A DNA stretch of 64,000 nt from Eledone cirrhosa (GCA_964016885.1 OZ024757.1:7130001-7194000); one strand, 5' to 3'. Counted from the stretch's first letter, positions 41,801 through 55,870 are shown. Translations and numbers: made by a program. The notes: generated by a model not told the origin, from the sequence alone.

Positions 41801-43328
41801 GAGAGACGAGTTATTTCCCTTTTCTGGCGTCACTTTCTTATCTCTTTATGTTACGTTATAAACGACGCGGTGGACCGAAGAACAATTTCATGCAAAGACG
41901 AGACCAAGTTTATGGTTTAAATGGAGTCGTCAGATTAATATTCTATTTAAAATAACCGAATGATTTCCAGCCCCGGAATTTAAGAATGATGTAAATAAAA
42001 TTTTAAACGAAAATGACAGAGGTTATTAAAATAGTTGTTACTACTTTTGGCATTACTGGTACTTTATTTATCGACCCCATAAGGATGAAAGGCAAAGTTA
42101 ACAATATTTCAGCGCATCAGCCTCGCCATCACCCGAGGCTACGCTGCCAGTGTGCTGGCTTGCCTCTAAATTAGAGAGGTTGCTCTGATCAGAGCCAACA
42201 TCACGGACGCTCTATCTCAAAATTATTTTTGAAAAGCATTAGAAATGCGCAACCAGTAAAACTTAAAACCAAAACTGAATACTAACCAATACAATTACTA
42301 ATTCTCACTTATTCCTAATTAAACTATTTTTCACTGTGAACAATTTGTCAGCATTTTCTATTCCGTTTACCAATACATAATAACTTGTGTGTTACACGTC
42401 TATTCTTTTAAATATATACATATATTACTGTTGTGCGATAATGTGGTTTTTATTGGTTGTAACTTCTCTGTTTTTTAGCCTCAGAAAATATATATATGCC
42501 TATGTATATAATTACATGCATACATTTATTTTTTTAAATGAATTGAGTTCTTTACACGAGGAATTGATATTAGTTTTGAAATAACTAATTAACCCGCGTG
42601 TGTTTTATATGTTACCCTTAATTCGACCGGAGATTTACATTCCCATTTGCCCTTTAAAGCATAACATTCCGTATTTACTACGGTTACGAGATACGGTTTC
42701 TTATTCAGGTACAAACTCTGATTTTAGCCTAAGAAAATATCTATATGCGTGTGTAATTTATATACGCAAATATTTATTTTTTTAATTTCAATTGAGTTCT
42801 TAACACGTTGGATTGATAATGTTTTCGAAAAAACTGATTAACCCGCGTGTATATTATGTTTTTCCTCCTTTCGTGGATCGTAGTTGTCTCCCCTTCCCGC
42901 TTAGTGACTCTATAATACTTCCTCAGTCAAAAACTGCTGGAATTTCAAATTTGCCGGTCATTCGATGCGTGAAGGAGCAACTTAACAGACACGAGTTTTA
43001 ACTGCGGTAAAAATCTTTTTTATACTTATTTTAATTTAATTTAATTTTTTTTAATTTTATTTTATTAATACATTTTTACCCTTCTTAATCCAATTTTTAG
43101 TATTTAAACCCAATATAAAATAATATACCCAGTTTCTATATTTTAGACCTCTAATATTTGAATACCATCTATAATTGTTTCTACTTTTGGCACAAGGCCA
43201 GCAATTAACCAGTGCATTACTGGTGCTTTATTTTATCGACCCCTTTATTTTATCGCACATACACCTCTTCAATTTACTTTTTAACCGTTATTTACAGCTT
43301 GTTTCATTTTGACAGTGTACCTGATCCA

Positions 43329-43331
<3 letters not shown>

Positions 43332-43408
<77 letters not shown>

Positions 43409-43520
43409 CTATCTCTCTCTCTCTCTTTCTTCTTTCTTTTTCCTTTGTTTTTCCTCTCCTCTCTTTCTTTTTCCTTTTTCTCCTTCTTTCCTTCTATTTT
43501 CCTATCTTTTTCTTTCTCTT
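43332..43520. repeat. (CT)n/(CTAT)n microsatellite and polypyrimidine tract
   Basis: Seen directly. Confidence 0.95.
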
Positions 43521-44690
43521 ATATTTCTGTCATATGTAGACTTGACACTTTCCTGTTTACAAGTGCGATTAGGCCTCATATCATGTTACCTTATTTTATC
43601 TGATGAGAACACAATTTTTGTCGCAGGATGATGTTGTTTTCGAAATGCGCATAATAAAGTATATGGAACTTTTTTAACCATCTTTTAATTTCTTTTTTTA
43701 TGTATGTGTGTGTGTGTAAATTTCCGAGCTTAATGAGTTTATGTCATTTGAAATAGAAACAGAAAGTCATTAATATAATGGTACATCTTTTTCTTTTTCC
43801 TAGGGTTGCTGAATCTAGAGCAATGTGGTAATCATATATAGTGATATCCAGAATTTGATATTTTGTTATCCTCTCTATTTTTTCTCTTTTCCCTAAATTA
43901 GACATAACAGAGACATTACCATATATACTCAAATATCAACTGATCTAAATATAATCTAAACTCCTATTTTATGCCTGAGAAATGGGCAAAAATCGAAAAC
44001 CCGTTTATAAGCTGAGGTAGCTAATCAACACATTATGTTTAGATCGTGTGGTTTTGAAATACTCATGAGTATTAAATATATTTATGAAGTTTTAATATGT
44101 TGATGTTTAAAATGTTTTAAGTGTCGTTTAAAATATATTTTTTGTTTCACAACTCCATTATGTAATGCATTTTTACCATTTCATTCGTTTTATAGTTTCA
44201 ACAAGTTTCTCAAACTTTTATTTATTTCTGCCCACTCACATACTGGGGGTAGTTGAAAGTAAACAATGGAATAAGAGAACCTTGTATAGGAATTCATTGA
44301 GTAGAAGTGGGAGAGAGAGTCAGCAAGAAAGAGAGAGAGGAGAGATAGAGCAAGAAAAAGAGAGGGAGAGATGCAATAAAATAAAATCAGATTTCTATCT
44401 AACGCCTTTTAGGGGTGCAGATGAAAACATGTTCATTTTAGTAGACTTGCTATCAAAGAAAATTATTTTTTCGTAACAAAGCAATTTATTTGTCTCTATT
44501 TTCCTCTAATAATATATAACAGAGTTGCCAGTCCACTCAAGGATACCAGACAGTGTTGTTTCAAGATTTGTTAATCTTTCATCAGTGACACACATTCAAT
44601 CCATACTGGCATGGAAATAGACAAAAGTCTATATAAAATTTTGCAGGTTGTTGTTTTAAATGTCCACTTTCCCTCCTAGCAAGAGTTGAC

Positions 44691-44729
<39 letters not shown>

Positions 44730-44752
<23 letters not shown>

Positions 44753-45882
44753 GAATGTCTGTGTAAATCCCTAAAACTCGAGAAGTACCCAACCGACCTT
44801 TTTAAACTTTACACATACGTTACTTATATTGCTTGAAGTGCAATAGGCTAAAAAAATGTTAACTTTTTCTGCCCTAGGCGAAAAACCGCATTTTTAAAGG
44901 TATTTTTAGTCTATTTTGAGGCGTTACTTAAAGATAATCCAACCAAATTCCTCGAAATTTGCAGCACGCATTCGGTAGTCCCCTCACATTACTGTGGACA
45001 AAAAGATCTCCGATTCCATTAATGGTTTCTAGGAAATTTACGAATTAGCATTGGGCAATATATGCCTTTTTAATTTTCAATATAAACACTACTTAAACAT
45101 CGTAAGTAACCTATAATATTTCGTTAAAAAATTTGGTTTATTTAACAGAGGACACAACACTTACTTACTTTTAAGCAGGATCATTTTCTTGGGGTTGAGG
45201 AAATGAGGAGGACCTTAAAATATTTGTCAGCACCCTGTTGACGCTTCGTACTTTCATCACGCACAAATCCGGGCCCTGTGTACGTTGACATGTTATTGAC
45301 ACCGTAAAACTCACGCCTGTGCTACTTCTACTAAGAACCCTTTTGTTGCACCTACACTGCAGTATGAACGTCCTGCGCAAGTACGCTGAACAGCGGTTGT
45401 GCAAATTCCACACTAACTCCTTTTGTCGCACCTTTGTTGCTGTGTAAACCAGTGCCGCCCAGTGTTTGTGCTAATTGCACTATGACGCCCTTCTGCTGCA
45501 GCTGCGTTGCCACGCTGATTTCGTCATCTCAATATCCCTACTTAAATGTACATCCCTACTTGGTTTTCACACAATTGACTACGTCGCTCCTTCAGACTGA
45601 CGTGTGTTCCCCAACTGTGACGTAATTTGTGAACAGACTTACGACATACATCGCCCTACAACACTTACTTACTCTTTTGGCATACAGGATTTCTGCAATC
45701 AACCCACTGACACCGCTACTACTGGATTCTGCCTGCTGGTGTTCTACGTTTCCAGTAGATGAACAATCAGTCCCTGAGAATAAATGAATTCAAAAAGTAT
45801 ACAGCTACATTCCTCAATCTTTGCATATGCGTGTTGCTATTTCATGTTTCTTACCCCGTGCAACGCCGGGTCCTGCTGATAG
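44730..45882 (+). mobile_element. Non-autonomous Helitron with CpG-rich internal sequence
   Basis: 5' (TA)n-tataaaacagaatgtctgtgt; 3' hairpin cccgtgcaacgccggg followed by ..ctgATAG|T (CTAG variant); homology with the paralogous 60930 region resumes immediately after 45882. Confidence 0.7.
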
Positions 45883-46325
45883 TAATAATTAAATATATGC
45901 ATACAGACATTTATACACGTGCATATGCGAAAACTCACGCCATGCATGCATATACATGCACGTACACATAAACACGCGCACACGGACGTAAACCGGGGCG
46001 ACACATATACCTGCACACGAACGTATACACCAAATACATATATAAATATATGTTTGTTTGTGTGTGTGTATATATATAGAATTATATACACATATATAAA
46101 TATATACGCATAAATGCGTATAGAACGCACACACACACATACCTACAGGTAAATACACATATGATCACCAAACATACATATACCAAAACCCTATTATACA
46201 CATATACACACCATACCTACGTGCAAACACACATACACACTCATACATACCCATATATACACATATACATACATACATACATACATACATACATACATAC
46301 ATACATACATACATACATACATACA

Positions 46326-46358
<33 letters not shown>

Positions 46359-47125
46359 GTGTGTATATATATATATACTCGTATATATATAGAGAGAGCA
46401 GTTGTAATGGATAATATCAGTGCTATTTCTAGCAGTTGGAGAGACTACGTAGAGGTTCTCTTATTGATATATAATTGATATTTTATTGAGTGATAATTTC
46501 TGATTTACAATCAATTAAATACTATTGTAACTGTGTCTGGAGGTATTAAATTATATCAGGGACTTTTAAAGTATGACACCGGTACGAGAGTTGAAACATT
46601 CTCAACGACACCGCGTACCTGCTGTCTTCATTATAACTTTAATTAATCTAATTATATCTTGTGTAACAATTATATATATATATATATACACAATTTTAAT
46701 TCCCCGACATCAGTCTTACACTGTCATATCTATTCTTACTTTACAATTGTGTCTACTAAGAGTTCCATTACAATCTGTAGTAGTAAAACTACTATTTCAC
46801 CAGGACATCTGCTATCAGTCATTTATAGACAATATATATATTTTAGACCACATATCAACCTAATATATATATATTTCCTATCAAATCTGTAGCTAAAGAC
46901 ATAAAGTCAGCCTCACTACTTCATTCTGACAAGATATCAATTTATGACTAAAGATGAAGAAGATACACCAACGTTAATGTCGTGAAGTAAAGCTGATAAC
47001 ATTGAAACTTCTAATTTGATAACAAAGAGATTATTTCTTTGGTTGTTTAGTAACAACTAACAACACAACACATTGATTATATGTGAAGGAGGTAAGTTGA
47101 CAAAGATTTACTTAATGTCTATATT
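45883..47125 (+). repeat. Segmentally duplicated upstream/first-exon region of the zinc-finger gene
   Basis: Near-identical to 60933-62041 apart from microsatellite length. Confidence 0.9.
46880..47091 (+). other. Putative non-coding first exon of the C2H2 gene (5' boundary unknown)
   Basis: Strong donor gaaggag|GTAAGT at 47092, conserved in the paralog (62016); matching acceptor tttctttcttatttcAG at 56407-56408. Confidence 0.55.
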
Positions 47126-47484
47126 AATGTGTGTAAATAATATAATTATGTGAACCCTACAACGACCCAGTAATTATATACAAGTGAAAATATATATAAC
47201 AACATTAGAGAAATATATTTCTTCCTCCACTTTTAGAAATACTTCCACACTGAAATGTTGATGTGATGTTTTTCAATCATCAGATTCCACTGTTACATGT
47301 GATATAAAATATATTGTTATCATGACTGTCTTTATTATTTAATTACCTCCGTCTATATTTCAACCACTGGAACAACCTCAAACAAGAAACAGTTGTCACA
47401 CCCTCAGTCAACATTTTAATGTAAGATATCGAAATATATGTTATGTGTGTATATAGATAGATGTATGTTGTGTGTGTATATATA

Positions 47485-48068
47485 CAGTAATCCCCCGCTA
47501 TATCGCGGTTCACTTTTCGCGGTCCCGTTACATCGCGGATATTTCTTTGGAACGTATCTAATTTCCTATCGCGGTAATCCTCGCCACATCGCGGATTATT
47601 CGTTAGAACATATCTAGTTTCTTATCGCGGTACGTCTGAATAAAAAATGTTTAAATTTTAAACTTATTAAATAAGTTTCAATGTTATTAAAGTGTATATC
47701 ATAAGGAAGGGACATCTTAAGGCGTTAATTATAAACAAATGTTTTTATTTTTCATTCCATTATTGTTTTACTGATTGTTTTGCTCTAATCTACTACAAAC
47801 CCTTCATAGATTGACGGGAGATGTCCAGTGTATTACCAAGTGGCTACCGTGGCTGGCAATAGTCCTCAGTGGTAACTAGTGGTATGATGGTTGGTGGTAG
47901 TTTCTATACGATCGTTACTGGCTGTTTTTGGTGTTTAAATACAAAAGTGTGTTTTAATGAGTTTATATGTACTTAAAGCATGTATGAGAGGTATTTTAAG
48001 GCTTAAACTATGAAAACAACGGTTGTCTTTATGGTCTCTCTATAACATGGTTGGTTCTGGAACGTATC
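47485..48068. mobile_element. pogo/Tigger-like MITE, right end lost at the SINE
   Basis: TA|CAGTAATCCCCCGCTATATCGCGG terminus with repeated atcgcgg sub-terminal motifs. Confidence 0.65.
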
Positions 48069-48069
48069 A

Positions 48070-48253
48070 TGTCTTAGTGGTTAGAGCATTGGGCTTACAA
48101 TTAAAAGGTGGTGAGTTCGATTCTCGGACCGTGTGATGTGTTGTGTCCTTGAGCAAGACACTTTATTTCACGTTGCTCCAGTTTACTCAGCTGTAGAAAT
48201 GAGTTGTGATGTCACTGGTGCCAAGCTGTATCGGCCATAGCCTTTCTCTTGGA
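48070..48253 (+). mobile_element. tRNA-derived SINE, 5' half (3' half at ~53716-53895)
   Basis: A box tgtcttagtgg, B box gagttcgattc, then tgtgtccttgagcaagacactt; the internal ~52-bp unit gttgtgatgtcactggtgccaagctgtatc..ttggaca recurs at ~48387, 52502, 52626, 52722 and 53716. Confidence 0.8.
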
Positions 48254-48483
48254 CATATATATAGTGTATATATACTGTATAATATATATAGTGTATATAT
48301 ACTGTATAATATATATAGTGTATATATACTGTATAATATATATAGTGTATATATACATTGTGTATATATATAGTATATATATGTACGTTGTGACGTCACT
48401 GGTGCCAAGCTGTACTGGCCATTGCCTTTCTCTTGGACATATATATAGTGTATATATACTGTACACAGTGTATATATATGTAT

Positions 48484-50833
48484 ATCATCATCACTGTTTT
48501 ACGTCCCTTCTTCCATGGTAGTATGGGTTAGACAGGTTGTCCTGTTGTGGGCAGTGCCAGGTAGGGTGACCTTGTCTTGTTCAGATGGGAACTGATTTTG
48601 GCTTGATATCTACAGCTGGATGCCCTTCCTAACACCAACCTCACAGTGAGTGATGGGTGCTATTTTGTTGTGACACCTCCATGGCCACTTTACAGTGGGA
48701 GGGGGTGGGGGCATATTGTCTATATGCTTCAGCTTCGGCTTGTACCCGTGAGAAGTCGGGTCTTCTATATTACTGTGTGAAGCCAGAGGTCACGGTCCGG
48801 TGTCATCGCCTTCGGGTGGTGCAATTGGGTAAGGTCAGCTTTCATCACCTCATCCCAGGTCTTCTTGGGTCCCCCCACTCCATGGCTTCCATCGACTTCT
48901 ACTGCTCTGCATCTGTTTATGTAGCTTTCATCCTTCATACACATCACATGTCTATACCAACACAACCTCCTCTCCTGCACACAGCATTTGATTCCTCTGA
49001 TGCTCAGTCTCTCTCTCAATTTGTTAATGCTTTGCCGTTCGCGTATATTACTATTACACATCCATCGGAGCATGCAAGCTTCATTTCTTTCTACGCAAGT
49101 CTTCTACAGACAGCGCCCAGGTCTCACTACCATGTAACATTGCTGTGCGTATGCACTCATCATACTGTCTGTCTTTCATTTTGAGGGAAAAGCCTTTTGT
49201 AGCTAGCAGTGGCAGTAGCTCCCTGAACTTCTTCAATCCCGTCGTTACTCTGGTTACTGTACTTTCAGAACACCTACCTCCTGCTTGTTCGGTCACCTAG
49301 GTAGCAAGAGCTGTCTATTGTTTCTACAGAGCTCTCCCAGAGTTTGGTGGTGCTTGTTTCTTTAGTTCTGCCATAGATTCAGCTATAAGTGTAAGATAAT
49401 CCACATATATGAGTTCCTATGGGCATCAGGTCTTAAACTCTTCTGTTATAGCCTGCAATACTATAATAAACAGGAGAGGGCTAAGAACAGAGCCCTGGTA
49501 GACACCGACCTGTATGCTAAATTCCCCGCTATAGTAATTGTTAACTCTTTGCTGACTGCTCCCCTATACATGGCATGTACAGCTTTCACAAGCCACTAAT
49601 CTACTCCTAGTTTTCTAAAAGCCCACCATATTATAGCACGGGGCACTCTGTGGAAGGCTTTTTCCATATCGACAAAAGCCAGGTAGAGCAGCTTTCTTTT
49701 AACTAGGTACTTTTCCTGTAACTGCCTCAGAAGGAAGAGAGCATCAGTGGTGCTTTTTCCTGGCACAAGCCCAAACTGCATCTCACCTAGTTTTACCCAG
49801 TCCCTAATCAACTGTGCTATGACTCTTTCCATTACTTTCATAACCTGGTCCATCAGCTTCGTACCTCTATAGTTTATTCTATCTAGTGCATCTACTTTAC
49901 TCTTGTAGCAGTTGACGATGATGCTGCTGCACCCTCTAGTATTACCTGATTAACAATATGTGGTTATTACTTTATCTACGCATTTCTCAGCTAATAGTAT
50001 ACCTACACCACCCATCCTATTCATATTCATTTATTTATTCGGGATTGTTCCATTTATCCTTCGCTCCTCCATACATAACAGTAATCAAGTATTCTTTGGT
50101 GCAGGGCTAGAAGGACAGTAGTAGTAATGGCAGGCTTTGTTGGGGCTGGTAAGGGCTAGAAGGACAGTAGTAGTAATGGCAGAGTTTGTTGGGGCTGGTA
50201 AGGGCTAGAAGGACAATAGTAGTAATGGCAGAGTTTGTTGGGGCTGGTAAGGGCTAGAAGGACAGTAGTAGTAATGACAGAGTTTGTTGGGGCTGGTAAG
50301 GGCTAGAAGGACAGTAGTAGTAATGGCAGAGTTTGTTGGGGCTGGTAAGGGCTAGAAGGACAGTAGTAGTAATGGCAGAGTTTGTTGGGGTAGTAATGGG
50401 TAAGGGCATGTTGCTGAGGTTTGATTGGTCAAAAAGCCAATGGTGGTGAGTGGGAAATTGTGAGATAGGTAGCCATCATGACATATATCATCACAGGAGA
50501 TTCGGGGGAAATAAGCAGATATAAGTAGACATATTACACAAGGCAAGTATGCAAGAACTTTGAAGATGGTCACCTAGCTTCGTAATCACCGAAATGAATG
50601 AGTGGGAGAAAGGGGAGGTAATGGCGGGGGTAAGGGATGAGTTTGTAAAGAAAGAGACAATGTCCAACATGGTTTATATAAAAAAAAAGGTCGAAGTATA
50701 TACGTTGTGGAAACAAGTGAATGATAATAATAATAATGTAAACAGAACATTTTGAAACTGGGGAAGAGAGATAGCTGTAGAATAGAAATAATCTATGGAT
50801 GTCTGGGATCTAAGTATATCTTTCAATACTGTC
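48484..50833 (-). mobile_element. Internally deleted RTE LINE retaining 5' UTR and 3' tail
   Basis: ORF pieces 48765-49853 match the RTE RT/C-terminus; 3' tail at 48484; 5' UTR similar to 38131-38681. Confidence 0.85.
50103..50391. repeat. 49-bp minisatellite, ~6 copies, within the RTE 5' UTR
   Basis: Unit aagggctagaaggacagtagtagtaatggcagagtttgttggggctggt; single-copy homolog at ~38190-38236. Confidence 0.9.
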
Positions 50834-52490
50834 TCATCAATGGTGCTACTTCGGAGCAGTGGAAAACTGCCAGTGTCATTCCCCTGTTCAAAAAGGGCAA
50901 CCGCATGTCACCTGTCAACTATGACCAGTGAGTCTTACTAGCTGTATGGCCAAACTGATGGAATCCTGTGTCAGAGAAACACTTTGGAACTTCTGGAGCT
51001 CTCACAGCCTCATCCGGCCCTCACAGTTTGGATTTATCCCTAACTCCAGCTGCTGTGATCAGCTTATCGAGTTCCTTGAGGACATCACCCGGATCACTGA
51101 CAGTGGCTCATGGGTGGATGTTGTTTACCTTTACTTTGCTAAGGCTTTTAATTCTGTGCCACACAAAAGACTTATGGCAAAACTCTCTGCAATGGGTGTG
51201 AGGGATGATCTTTTCGACTGGCTGAAATCCTTCATTCTCAGCCGAAAGGAAGTAGTCACGGTTCTAGGACAGCATTCTTCACCATATGAGATGTCATCTG
51301 GTGTACCACAGGGATCTGTTCTTGGTTCTCTTTTGTTTGTGGCATATATTAATGACATAGATGCCAACTTACAGAATGCCACGGTACTAAAATATGCAGA
51401 TGACATCAAGCTGTACCTTGAAATCAAAAGGACTGGTCCTGAAATTTACAACTCTTTCCTACAATCAGACCTGGACACAATGCAGCAATGGATCACAGAC
51501 TGGCAACTGAAGCTGGCTGTGGACAAGTGTACCACCATGCATTTTGGAAGGAAAAATCCAGCGTCCACATACTCCCTCCACAACACTGACATCAAAAAGT
51601 CCTCTTGTGAACGTGACCTGGGCATTACTGTCAGCAACGATTTGCGTTGGACAAAGCATGTCTCTAAGATTGTCAAGAAGGCCGAGGGTGTCTTAGCATC
51701 ACTCAGCAAGACCTTTGTTAGCCGCTCTCCAGCCATCTATTTAAAACTGTATACAGCTATGGTACGACCGCACTTGGAATTCGCATCATCAGTCTGGAAC
51801 CCCTATCTTGCTCGGAACATTGACCTCCTGGAAACTGTTCAGAGACGTGCAACCAAGCGCTTACCCTCCATCAGACACCTACCATACTCTGAACGCCTTG
51901 CTTCCCTGGGCATGGATTCATTGAAGCTCTGACGTCTGGCAATGGACTTGGTGAATACCCACAAAGTTTTTAACCATCTCGCCAACTGCAACCCTGAGCG
52001 CCTCTTTGATCTCCATGTGTCTAACACACGTGGACATGCCTACAAGATCAGAAAACAGCACAGATCCCATGACTTTCGTAGACATTTTTTGACGCTCAGA
52101 ATTGCTGAAGCATGGAACAAACTGCCTGCATCAATTGTTAGCTGCCGAGACACTGCATCCTTTAAGACACTCATGCTTCCCGAAATACGCCAAAACTACA
52201 CCTGATGTACCCCTTCCATACACATGCACACATGTGTGTATCATGACTCGTGCACTGTTCATTTTACTGATGTTTGTGCATTGCCCTATGTACTGTACAT
52301 GCACTTTTTTGATGAGTTGTGGTGCACCTGGGCACTGTACACAATATTTTGTTATTATTATATCATGACTCATACACTGTTCATTTTCCTGACATTTGTA
52401 CATTATTCTATGTACTATACATGCACCTTTGATGAGTTGTAGTGCACCTGAGCACTGTACACAATAATTTCATTATTATTATTATTATTA
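50834..52490 (+). mobile_element. 5'-truncated CR1-group LINE (RT domain, 3' UTR with internal duplication, (TTA)n tail)
   Basis: WKTASVIPLFKKG, SQFGF, FAKAFNSVPH, SGVPQGSVLG, KYADDIKL, ERDLGI, RPHLEF, LETVQRRATK; in-frame stops at ~50922 and ~51930. Confidence 0.9.
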
Positions 52491-52827
52491 TATATATATA
52501 TGTTGTGATGTCACTGGTGCCAAGCTGTGTCAGGCATTGCTTTACCCTTGGACAATATATATAGTGTATGATATATATTGTACACAGTGTATATATATAT
52601 ATATATATATAGTGTATATATATATGTTGTGATGTCACTGGTGCCAAGCTGTATCAGTCATTGCTTTTCCCTTGGACAACATCATATATATTGTACACAG
52701 TATCTATATATAGTGTATATATGTTGTGATGTCACTAGTGCCAAGCTGTATCAGCCATTGAGTTTCCCATGGACAACATATATAGTGTATAATATATAAT
52801 GTAGACAGTGTATATATAATATATATA

Positions 52828-53705
52828 CGAGGTGGGTCAGAAAAGTTCCAGGACTGATGTCACAAAAGATTTATTTCAAACCCAAACTTCACACTAAGAG
52901 TTTTCTCCTTCAAAGTAATCCCCCTGGAGTCTAATGCACTTTTCCATCCTTTTCTGCCAAGCTTGCATGCACTCCTGGAAGGATTCTTCCGGGACCCTCC
53001 GCAGTTCCATCGTCACGGCCATTTTGATGTCATCCACATCTTCAAAACGGGTCCCCTCCGGGTCGTACTCGAAGATCCATGACTCATCACTGGTGATGAC
53101 TGTCCCTAGCAAGTCTGGTTCAGTTTCAAGACGCTCGAGGATGTCCTGGCACACTTGCATGCTGCGACCCTTCTGGTCATCGTTCAACAGTTTTGGCACC
53201 ATCTTTGCGCAGACTTTCCGCATGTCCAAATCTTCAGTAAGAATCTTCCAGACGCTGTCCCGATTCATGCCCAGCTCATTAGCCATCAGTCGAACAGTCA
53301 GCCGACGATCGCTACGCACCATCTGCCTGACGCGCTCAATGTTGATCTCAGTCCTGCTTGTTGAGGACCTTCTGCTCCTGGGGTCCTCTTCCACGTCGTC
53401 GCATCCTTCTTTAAACCTCTTGCACCACTCAAAAACACGTGAGCGTGACATCGTCTAATCTCCATACACTTGCTGCAGCAATCCCAGTGTTTCTGACGGA
53501 GTTTTCAAGTTTGTTCGTTGCTCTGTGCTCATTGCTTGACGACCTGAAACAGAGGACATGTATATAAAATTATGAAGAAAAAAGTTTGATCATTGCAGAG
53601 AGCTAAGATTACTGTTACATACTCCAGGGGGATTACTTTGAAGGAGATAACTCTTGAAATAAATCTTTTGTGACATCAGTCCTGGAACTTTTCTGACACA
53701 CCTCT
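52828..53705 (-). mobile_element. mariner transposon, internally deleted
   Basis: TA target duplication; ~50-bp TIR cgaggtgggtcagaaaagttccaggactgatgtcacaaaagatttatttcaa; ORF with HTH region, KMVPKLL and ITSDESWIFEYDPE fused directly to GTRFEDV (most of the catalytic domain deleted). Confidence 0.92.
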
Positions 53706-53959
53706 TATATATATGTAGTGATGTTCCAAGCTGTATCAGCCATTACCTTTCCCTTGGACAACATCTGTGGCATGGAGAGGGTAGACTGGTATACTTGGGT
53801 GACTGCTGGTCTTCCTCAAACAACCAGACTTGTGCCTCAGAGGGGAACTTCCTAGTTGCAAATAATATGGTCATTCGTGATCGACGGGGTTCTTCGATAT
53901 GTTAGGTGTGTATATAGTAATGTGTGTATATATAGATGTGTATTGATGTCCATGTGTGA

Positions 53960-54238
53960 GTCATTGATACCAATACTAGGGAAGGCTGGTCTTCTATATT
54001 ACTGTATAACACCAAAGATCTCAATCCTGTGTCATTGTCTTTGAGAAGTGCAATTGTGTGAGGTCAGCTGTTATCACCTCATCCCAGGTCTTCCTACTCC
54101 ACAGCTCCCATCAATTGTGTGAGGTCAGCTTTTATCACCTCATCCCAGGTCTTCCTTCTATATAGCTTCCATCAATTGTGTGAGGTCAGCTATTATCACC
54201 TCATCCCAGGTCTTCCTACTTCACATCTTCCATCAATT
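53960..54238 (-). mobile_element. RTE C-terminal fragment expanded into a ~61-bp x3 tandem repeat
   Basis: caattgtgtgaggtcagc..ttatcacctcatcccaggtcttcct repeated at ~54051, 54113 and 54173; minus strand encodes RKTWDEVI. Confidence 0.8.
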
Positions 54239-54339
54239 TTATAAAATACTTGAAAATGACTTAGAAAACTTTTTAATCAAAATCAAAATTTAATCCCAAA
54301 GAGAGGAAATTGGAACATTATCCACTGAAAGTTGCTTAT

Positions 54340-54801
54340 CCCTTTCACATTTAAACTGGCCATAACTAGTCAGAATTTTGTCCACCTTTTCTTTTTAAAA
54401 CAGCCGTAATTGGCCACTCATACTCATGTTAAGGTATTGTTCTTAATGTAAATAATATCAAAATCTCATAGATTCGATATTATGTGACATGTGAGGTAAT
54501 GTCTTTACCATGGAAATATAATAGTATATATAGAGTAGTGTAAATGTTATGTGAGGTAATGTATTTACCATGGAAATATAATTGTTTCTACTTTAGGCAC
54601 AAGGCCAGCAATTACCCAGTGCATTACTAGTACTTTATTTTATCGACCCCATAAGGATGAAAGGCAAAGTCAACCTCGGCGGGATTTGAACTCAGATCGT
54701 AAAGGGACGTAACTATGTTGGAAAGCATGGCGTCCGACCCTCCACCGATACTGCCAATGGAAATATAATAGTATATATAGAGTAGTGTAAATGCTAAAGG
54801 A
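54340..54801. mobile_element. piggyBac-like MITE copy with a nested SINE (54583-54756, -)
   Basis: Homologous to 5330-5605; SINE has B box gagttcaaatc and gcctttcatccttatggggtcgataaaataaagtac, flanked by the duplication ATGGAAATATAAT; same SINE family at ~42035, ~43175 and 62052-62164. Confidence 0.8.
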
Positions 54802-55009
54802 TTAACCCCTGAAGAAAGGACTTTTAGGTCCCAAAATATTGTACAAATAAAAGAACAACAACAACAACAAAAACAAAACAAAGATTACCAGGTAACTTTT
54901 ACTTTTCCTTACCTCATCTTACAGTCCATTTTGCATTGTTTAGCCTTCTATCTCTTTCAACGTTATATATTATATAGAATGCTTCAAGCAAACTACATTT
55001 CATTATATA

Positions 55010-55870
55010 TCATCATCATCATCATAATCAATTAACGTCCATCTTCCACGCTAGCATGGGTTAGACGGGTTCCATTTAGAGACAAGTTGGGTCGGGTGAC
55101 CGTGTCTCACTCATATAGGGGTGTTTCTGGCTAGCTTTCTACAGCTGGATACCCTTCCTAACGCCAACCACATTGACAGTGTGGACTGGGTGCTTTTCCC
55201 AAGACACCTACATGTCCACTTTACAGTGTGGGCTGGGTGCTTTTTGTTGTGTCTTTTACACGTCCAGTGTGGATGGGAGATATATATATGTCTGTGTCAT
55301 CTCCATTTAGCATCCATTTTTCCATTCTTGCATGGATTAGACGGGTCATCCACACCAGGAGGCAAGTCTGGCCAGTGTTGGCCATGTGTTGCACCTTGCT
55401 CAAGCGAGGTCTGTATATTTTGTCGGGTATTTTACAGCTGGATCCCCTTCCTAACACCAACCATGTTTACAGTGTGGAACTGGATGGCTCTGTTATGAGG
55501 AGGGACAAGCCAGTTGGCTGCACTGAACCCATCTCACAGTGGAACTATAATTTTGGGGCCAGGTACTGGGTGGCACCACTAGGAGGAGGGGTGGCCAGCC
55601 AGATTGGCCAAACCCTTTTCATGAGGATACCATAGTTTTGGGGCCTGGTACTGGATGGTACGGATACGAGAAGGGTTGGCCAGTTGGCTGCGACACTATG
55701 GGGAGGGTAGCCAGTCGGCTGAGCAAAACGCATCTCACAAGGTTACCATAGTTTTGGCGCCTGGTACTGGGTGGCACCACTATGAGGAGGGGTAGCCAGT
55801 CAGCTACACCAAACCCATCTCACAAGGTTACCACAGTTTTGGGGCCCTGTACTAGATGACACCACTATAT
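55010..55870 (-). mobile_element. Two RTE 3' UTR/tail fragments followed by a GC-rich ~84-bp tandem repeat
   Basis: catcatcat..aacgtccatcttccacgctagcatgggttagacg tail; unit aacccatctcacaaggttaccatagttttggggcc..gtggcaccacta at ~55527, 55611, 55727 and 55811. Confidence 0.7.

Noticed and set aside
45171-45625. Short ORFs / CpG-island promoter of a host gene
   Set aside because: No recognisable protein; the region lies inside an apparent non-autonomous Helitron
48070-48135. tRNA gene
   Set aside because: A/B boxes present but no clean cloverleaf, and it continues into a repeated SINE body
48202-53760. Repeat-spacer pattern (~52-bp repeat with variable spacers) resembling a CRISPR array
   Set aside because: Eukaryotic context, no cas genes, spacers are related TA microsatellites and the repeat is a SINE internal segment
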